A stretch of 61,786 bases of DNA, the filler included, from Sluysia triapertura (lineage: Eukaryota), in the NCBI GenBank assembly GCA_046118255.1. It is 4 parts of 4 records of this genome, joined end to end, with 100 filler letters (N's around TTAATTAATTAA, not from the genome) between each part and the next. Parts side by side here need not be neighbours in the genome. Positions count along the whole stretch, not along the records: positions 48,046 to 61,786 come from JBJNIA010022733.1; 3 more parts are not named here. The stretch is one strand, 5' to 3'. The first letter of the stretch is position 1. The number at the start of each line of letters is the position of its first letter. The notes below the pieces were generated by a model. It was not told the DNA's origin, searched no databases, and saw only the letters and a list, made by a program, of their open reading frames with translations. A program made the translations under genes and the position numbers. Positions 55,837 through 61,786 of the stretch are shown piece by piece.

Positions 55837-56699
55837 TTGCGATTATTATTATTATTAAACAAAACGCATAAACCTTATCTTCAAAGTCTTTACATGAACT
55901 TTTCTTTTTATTTCTTTAATTTCTGACATATATAAAGTAGAAAGAAGAGTGAAAGCGGTTGTTGTTGCATAGATAGCGACGGTAACGTGATATGCTAGAC
56001 TTGAATTGTCTTATTGTTTTATAGTAAAATGATGACTTTTTGAAGACGTTATTATCTTTACTTATGACGATAAAAGAAATGATTTGAGTTGTGTTTGGAA
56101 CAACGAATGTTAGAACAAATTACTGAAATTTATTAAAGATTTGTGATTGAAAATAAGATTTATACCTTGAATATGATGGTTTGAGATGCTTATTGAAAGG
56201 TTGTAGTCTACTTGATATTAAAAGATGATTACAAAATAAATCTTAATGTATTTATAATTTTGTTAAGAATAAGTGTTGATGATGGATATGTGTAAATGAA
56301 GTGGGTTTGGTTTAGTGTAGTTAGTTGGGAGTTTGAATGAAACTCTTATCCGTGTCTGAGATATTTGTTGATGTTATTAAGTGGTGTTATTGTATTTATG
56401 ATTTGTGTATTGTATGTTGTGGTTGTGGTTTATTTGAAGAAATCGTTTTTGAGTGGATTATTCTGGAATACTTATCAAGGTAAGGTGTGGAGTGGGTGAT
56501 TGAGAGTGTTGATCGAGTTGTTGATATATATGAGTTGTTAGGATATTATGAATGTGGAGTGTTGTTTATGATGATTGAGTTGATGTGGTTCAATAGTAAG
56601 AAGTGTGATTGTTTTGGAAATTATATTTTAGTGAACTTTTGAGTTATGGATGTTGAGTGAAATGTTTTAATAAAATTTAAGTTGTGAGTGTTGGCCACT

Positions 56700-57200
56700 A
56701 CAATAATAACATTAATTTTAATAAATTTAATAATAATTTTAATAATGATTGTAATGATGATGATGATGATAATGATTATTGTTATTATGATATCATTGCA
56801 ATGTTTATTTTAATGATGATAATAACAATGACAATAATAATAATAACTATACGAATAATAACAACAGTGATAATAACGACAATAATAACCATAAATATAA
56901 TGATAATAATAATAATAAAGATAATAACAATAATAAAGGTGCCAATAACAATGATAATAATGATCGTAATAATAATAGTTATAATAATAATAAAGATAAT
57001 AATGACGATAATAGTAATAATGGTAATAATAAAAATAACTAATAATAATGATAACAATAACGATAATAATAATTATAATGATAATAATAATGACAATAAT
57101 AATGATAATGATAATAATGGGAATAATAGTAATAACAAAAAGAATAATGATAACAATAATAATAACAATGATAACTATAACAATCATGATATTAACAATG
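56700..57200. repeat. Degenerate (AAT/GAT/AAC) microsatellite
   Basis: Low-complexity triplet sequence; the source of the N/I/D-rich ORFs. Confidence 0.9.
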
Positions 57201-58149
57201 TTACAACCCCATACAAACACAACTACAAACTGCATAACAACAAGCATACACATTTCAAATTACATACGCATAACTACAGGCAACCCTTACTTCACGGACA
57301 CAAACATATGCATACGCAACATTACATGAATATTACACACAAAAACACAAAAATCTCAGACATACACTTAACACAAAACCTAACCACATTCACAAAAGTT
57401 ACAAAACACGACTCTACAAAGAGTTTCATAATTTCGCTCGCAATATGCATTGTTACAATGTGGGGTTGTTACAATACCACTATATACATGATGTATCAGG
57501 ATACGACACAGATCAATTAACGCTATCCAGAAGCTGCATGAAATAGACGACAGAGAACGAATGTATAATTTGGACCACTAAAAGCTAGAGAAAACATACG
57601 GCAGCAAAATATAAAAAAGAAAGAAAATTCAATATTAAAGGAGAGTTTATGGTAAGAACAAGTTACCTTACTACCCCATTAACTGCAATAGTGATTGTAC
57701 CGGTTCAAGCATGTACCGATATGACACATATCCCATCCTTACCGGCGCTACTGGGCCCTTTAATTCCGAAGGCGAAACATACTACGTATGGGTTTAACGT
57801 TATATCAAAAAAATGTCAGCAGGGCCGTTATATTTACGGAACAAAGTAAAAATCAAAAAAAAACAAAATACATGGCCTAGGTGTTCGAATATGGTGAAGC
57901 ATATTTATTTATTTATACTACCTTTATTTAAGCCAGTAAAAATAGTGTAGGTAAAATAATCTTTGGACCGACAGAGTCAACGACTATTGAAAAACCGCCA
58001 AAACTGATTTGCATAGTATATTGCATAGTTCCAATAGAAGTACTACAGTAGATTCGTATAGGAATACCAGTATCCTCCATGATATTACAAAACATAAGGA
58101 GGCTTGGTTCATCTATAACTCGAAACCACTTAGAGTAAATCGTAGTTTT

Positions 58150-59300
58150 CTACAACACGGAATCACCAATGGAGCTACAGTCAAAATACAAAATTAGCTC
58201 CTAGGCGGGAAAGTGACTCACAAAGTATAACTACAACTACAATCACAACTACAACACCGCATACAACTGAATTAAATGCGGCAACACCTGTTCCACCAGT
58301 CAGTTTCTTTCTTGACAGCAACGGCACCCCGAATACATGGCTGCTACTACTCGAAGCAGATCTGAAGTCACAAAATGTTATAAATACAACACAAAAATTC
58401 ACTACAGCCATGCCATCGTTACCCATAGATTGAGTGGTCATGATAAGCCCGAAGATTTCAACATATTTGGGGGCAATCAATCCTTTCGACGAATTGAAAT
58501 GTGCCCTAATGAAACATTTTAGCCCTAACGTGACTAGCTTTTTTCATGAGTATTTTAAGAATCAGTCACTGGGATCGCTGATGCAAAGTTTCCTTGACCT
58601 CGTTAATTACTGCCGCAGATTTTACCAAAACTTTCCGAAGTATTAGCATTTTTAAATGCTTTATTATCAGACAAAAAATTCTGGAATAATTCCAGAAAGT
58701 AAAGATCATATTGCACAGATGCGTGGCTTGGCATTTCTACTGCCTAACGAAACATTTATTTTAACAACAGACGCTTAAAACATCGCAGTTTGAGTAATGC
58801 TAACACAGTACCAAAATGAAATTCCGAGGCCAATTGAGTTATACTCTCACAAGCTATCAAACCAACAGACACGATATTCAGCATTCGATCGTGAACTATT
58901 AGCAATATATGTGGCAATAAAACATTTCGAATATTTACTCATGACAGTGAAACTCACGCTTCAAACAGACCGCAAACCTTTGTTGTTGATCTTTTGAATG
59001 AAAAAGCCATCACCTTGATAACAACGGCATATTATCTACCTGTCGCAGTTCAATTTCGAGATGCAACATATTCCTGGACAGGAGAATGTGGTCGTGAATT
59101 GCATTAGTAGTATTGAATTTCAAGCATTGTTCACAATCGAGGAGTTAAAAGGTGATCCTCCCACCTTTAACTTTTATAAAACTTTTAAGATTTATCAAAC
59201 TTTTCTTCTGCACCAATGTTACGAGAAGGGGTTTATTTTGATCACCAGCTGTCCGAAATTTCGCAACCAGTTGTTAGACCAACCAAGAGGAACAAAGCAT
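58150..59300 (+). mobile_element. Ty3/Gypsy LTR retrotransposon remnant (gag, RT end, RNase H)
   Basis: Gag-like PNTWLLLLEA, FLDLVNYCRRF, LTTDA, YSHKLSNQQTRYSAFDRELLAIYVAIKHF, TDRKPL and HIPGQENVV; large internal deletions. Confidence 0.88.
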
Positions 59301-59724
59301 TAGAGTTCATAAACAATGTGATGGCCGGTTAATATTATTATATTGCAACATGTTTATACATGTTAATTGAAAATTAAAATAAGTGGACTTAAGGTCCTTA
59401 TTACTGCAAAAGTATTGTAAATTAAATTTGTTAATTACGACAGATAAGACAAAATAATAAAATCCAGAAATGTATTTAAATTGAAAATTAACAACACCAC
59501 ACATTTTCGACTCTAAAATAGTTTTAAAAAGGACAGTGACAAAAGAGTTGAAGAGATAGTAACATTTTGTTTTTTCATGATGAGTTTCTTTAATTCCTCT
59601 ATTTAATATATTAGGACTAACACCTGGAAATTCACCAAATTGATCTCGTGCTCGCATCTCGATCGTAAGGCTCGTTCTCCGGCCTTTGAATGTTCTTGTA
59701 AAGCATAAGGAAGCTTTTACATTT

Positions 59725-60123
59725 TTACATTTCAGTTTGATTTTTCCTTTTTCGTTTTGAATTTTGGGTATTTAAAGTATTAACTTGCTTTTTATAATTA
59801 TCAATAAACTGTTTCGCTTCATCCACTGTTTTAAACTTTTTAAAAACTGCTCCAGAATATTGATTTATTTGTTCCTTGCAATCATCCCAGTCTAAATAAA
59901 TTCCAGTAACATGACCAGCTGGAACTGCATAATAAAATTTTGATGATACGGCATTGTTTTCCATGAAAAATAACATAGCATCGGGCTTCGTAAAAAATTT
60001 TCGAAAATAAACACCATCAAAACTTTCAATTCTTGCTTCGCATTCTTCCCAGAAAGAATAAATTCCGGGTTTCTTGCCTTTAGCTACAGCGTAATATAAC
60101 CTCATAAAACAAAGAGAGTTCAA
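59725..60123 (-). CDS. Protein with two tandem RNase H1 N-terminal hybrid-binding (Cauli_VI-type) domains; catalytic domain not seen
   Basis: YYAVAKGKKPGIYSFWEECEARIESFDGVYFRKF and FYYAVPAGHVTGIYLDWDDCKEQINQYSGAVFKKFKTVDEAKQFI both match the HBD consensus FYAVxxGRxxGIYxxWxECxxQVxGFxGAxFKKF. Confidence 0.85.
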   Translation of the reverse strand: MNSLCFMRLYYAVAKGKKPGIYSFWEECEARIESFDGVYFRKFFTKPDAMLFFMENNAVSSKFYYAVPAGHVTGIYLDWDDCKEQINQYSGAVFKKFKTVDEAKQFIDNYKKQVNTLNTQNSKRKRKNQTEM

Positions 60124-60414
60124 ATTCTTGGCTTTTGTAACTAATACTTTAATTTTTTTAAATTCAGTTACGTAGTCGCGAAAAGTAGGAAGTTCAGAAA
60201 CGTTTATAAAAATAATAATAGCAGTAATAATAATAGAAGTAATAAAAAAAGGGTGTGAAAATTAACACAATGTTGATGCAGTTGGGAGAGACGATATCAG
60301 CGGATTAAAAGTAGTGCTCTATGATAAATTATTGTAATCTGAATATATTATATTATATTTAAGATAAGGTATATTAATATAATATGTTTAAAGTATATTA
60401 TATTTTAGGTATTG

Positions 60415-61548
60415 TCATGTGTGAAAGATGTGGCAAGGCTGTACTGTGTATGGAATATTTGTAGTTGAGTTTGTTAATGGTTCGTGAATGAGTTGAACAC
60501 TACAATAAGCAATTACTTCCGTACCTTGTACAATTTCCATCTGGATTCGTAGTATAAAGACACCAATCAGACGTGAAGTATCTCATCGTCCAAACCTGAT
60601 CGTCTCAATTGAGTTCTGATAGTAGAGTGTGTACCTGAGCAATGTTATCATTTAAATAATAATCTTCAGTGAATATACTGTCATTTACTGGAAATTTTAA
60701 TGTCTTCACAATTTTAATTTCCTCAATTGTTTCTGGTCTTAATAATTTCGAAGACCAAAATTGGCATATTTGTAATGGATTCGTTCTTTATTTACCCACA
60801 TAATGAAGGCATCTTGTAAATTATTTAATGTCAGGTTAGAATCACGTTTATCCAATCCATAACACAATAACTAAATCATTATGACTGCACTTAAAACGTT
60901 TGTAACTAATTTCTACTTCATTCTCATCTTCACTAATTAATCCTAAGAAGATAACGTTATGAATATCATAATTCTGTAAACTTTACTAAGCTGACAAAAT
61001 CGTTTTCTCTTAGTTTCAAAATTATTTTTTATTAAACAAATATAAAAATACAAATTTACTTTAAACATTCGTCTTAATATATCACATGCATGCTTACATT
61101 TAACAATCTTACTTGCTTCTACCCAAATGCGTTCATCAGTACTCTTATTTGGACTATGGGCATTTAGTTTGGTATAAGATAGAACTTCTTTTACGAGTGA
61201 ACTGGATTGTTCCGAGATTATAAAGTGATCTTGAATTTGATTGAAACTGTTTCCAACAAAACGGATAATATTTTCTAAATCTTTAATGTTACCGAGGTGA
61301 TCATAGTCAAAATTATCTTCATCTTCTGTAAGTTTATCTTGTGTACAATGGCCATCAGTTACAGCATCAAATAGTAAAGTGTTTATTTCAAAATTATCTT
61401 TATCATTAATTCTTGTGGTTATCGTAACAAGTGGTTTAAAATTTGGAGGATATTGAAATCTTAACTGTGAAAGATGATCATTAGCATTTGTTGATTCAAT
61501 ACGAGCTTTAAGTCTCCTCTCTATGTCCTTTTCATTGTTGATTTCCAT
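60415..61548 (-). CDS. Five-exon gene of unknown function (about 285 aa)
   Basis: Exons 61060-61548, 60756-60870, 60635-60732, 60525-60595 and 60415-60499, with introns of 189, 23, 39 and 25 nt, all GT-AG and phase-consistent. An alternative terminal exon is possible at 60297-60338. Confidence 0.7.
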
Positions 61549-61786
61549 TGCGTAAATTTGATTAAAAAATTTTTAAAACCAAAACACCAAAAGAATTTTA
61601 TTGTGAAAAACCGCCAAGTTTACCCTAAATTACTGTTTTGAAATTTAAAATCTGTTGACAATTAGCTACTGTTTTTTTTAGTACCACAATCTATCAGCTA
61701 TAAATTTTAACTTAACCCCTTACCGGTTTTATTTTTTTTCTGTGAATGGTCAAAAACTGACTTAATTTTTTTTTTAAATTTAACTC

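Noticed and set aside
14154-57520. Long poly-Y/H, poly-I/M, poly-L/V/T/S, RS-rich and N-rich ORFs in the ORF track
   Set aside because: All are translations of trinucleotide microsatellites or N gaps, without supporting splice context.
60525-60870. In-frame TAA/TGA in coding-like stretches, suggesting stop-codon reassignment
   Set aside because: These stops fall inside 23-nt and 39-nt introns. Conserved exons (MCM5, RPUSD2, GRAF, LIPE, VMAT) have no in-frame stops, and GRAF and RPUSD2 end in TAA. Other cases also carry frameshifts, consistent with decay.

Overview
Very AT-rich eukaryotic (animal-type) genomic DNA, not prokaryotic. The window is four pieces joined by artificial N44-TTAATTAATTAA-N44 spacers (13254-13353, 28979-29078, 47946-48045). 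Five further N gaps lie inside piece 2, most of them next to trinucleotide microsatellites. Spliced genes, largely missed by the ORF track, use both ultra-short introns (22-45 nt) and multi-kb, TE-containing introns. This bimodal pattern suggests a dicyemid-like animal (inference only). Recognisable host coding sequence: one isolated MCM5 exon, the 3' end (SH3) of a GRAF/ARHGAP26-like gene, single exons of hormone-sensitive lipase and of a vesicular monoamine transporter, a 4-exon RluA/RPUSD2-like pseudouridine synthase, a decayed NPY/NPF-receptor-like GPCR, and an ORF of two RNase H1 hybrid-binding domains with no visible catalytic domain. Three spliced genes of unknown function were also built by hand. 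TEs include piggyBac, Tc1/IS630, mariner, hAT (GTF2IRD2/Buster-like), Ty3/Gypsy, CR1/L2 and a tRNA-derived SINE-like head. Two halves of NeSL-like RLE non-LTR elements sit head-to-tail around a (TAA)n tract and together form a circularly permuted element. All family assignments come from motif recognition by eye; no database search was run.
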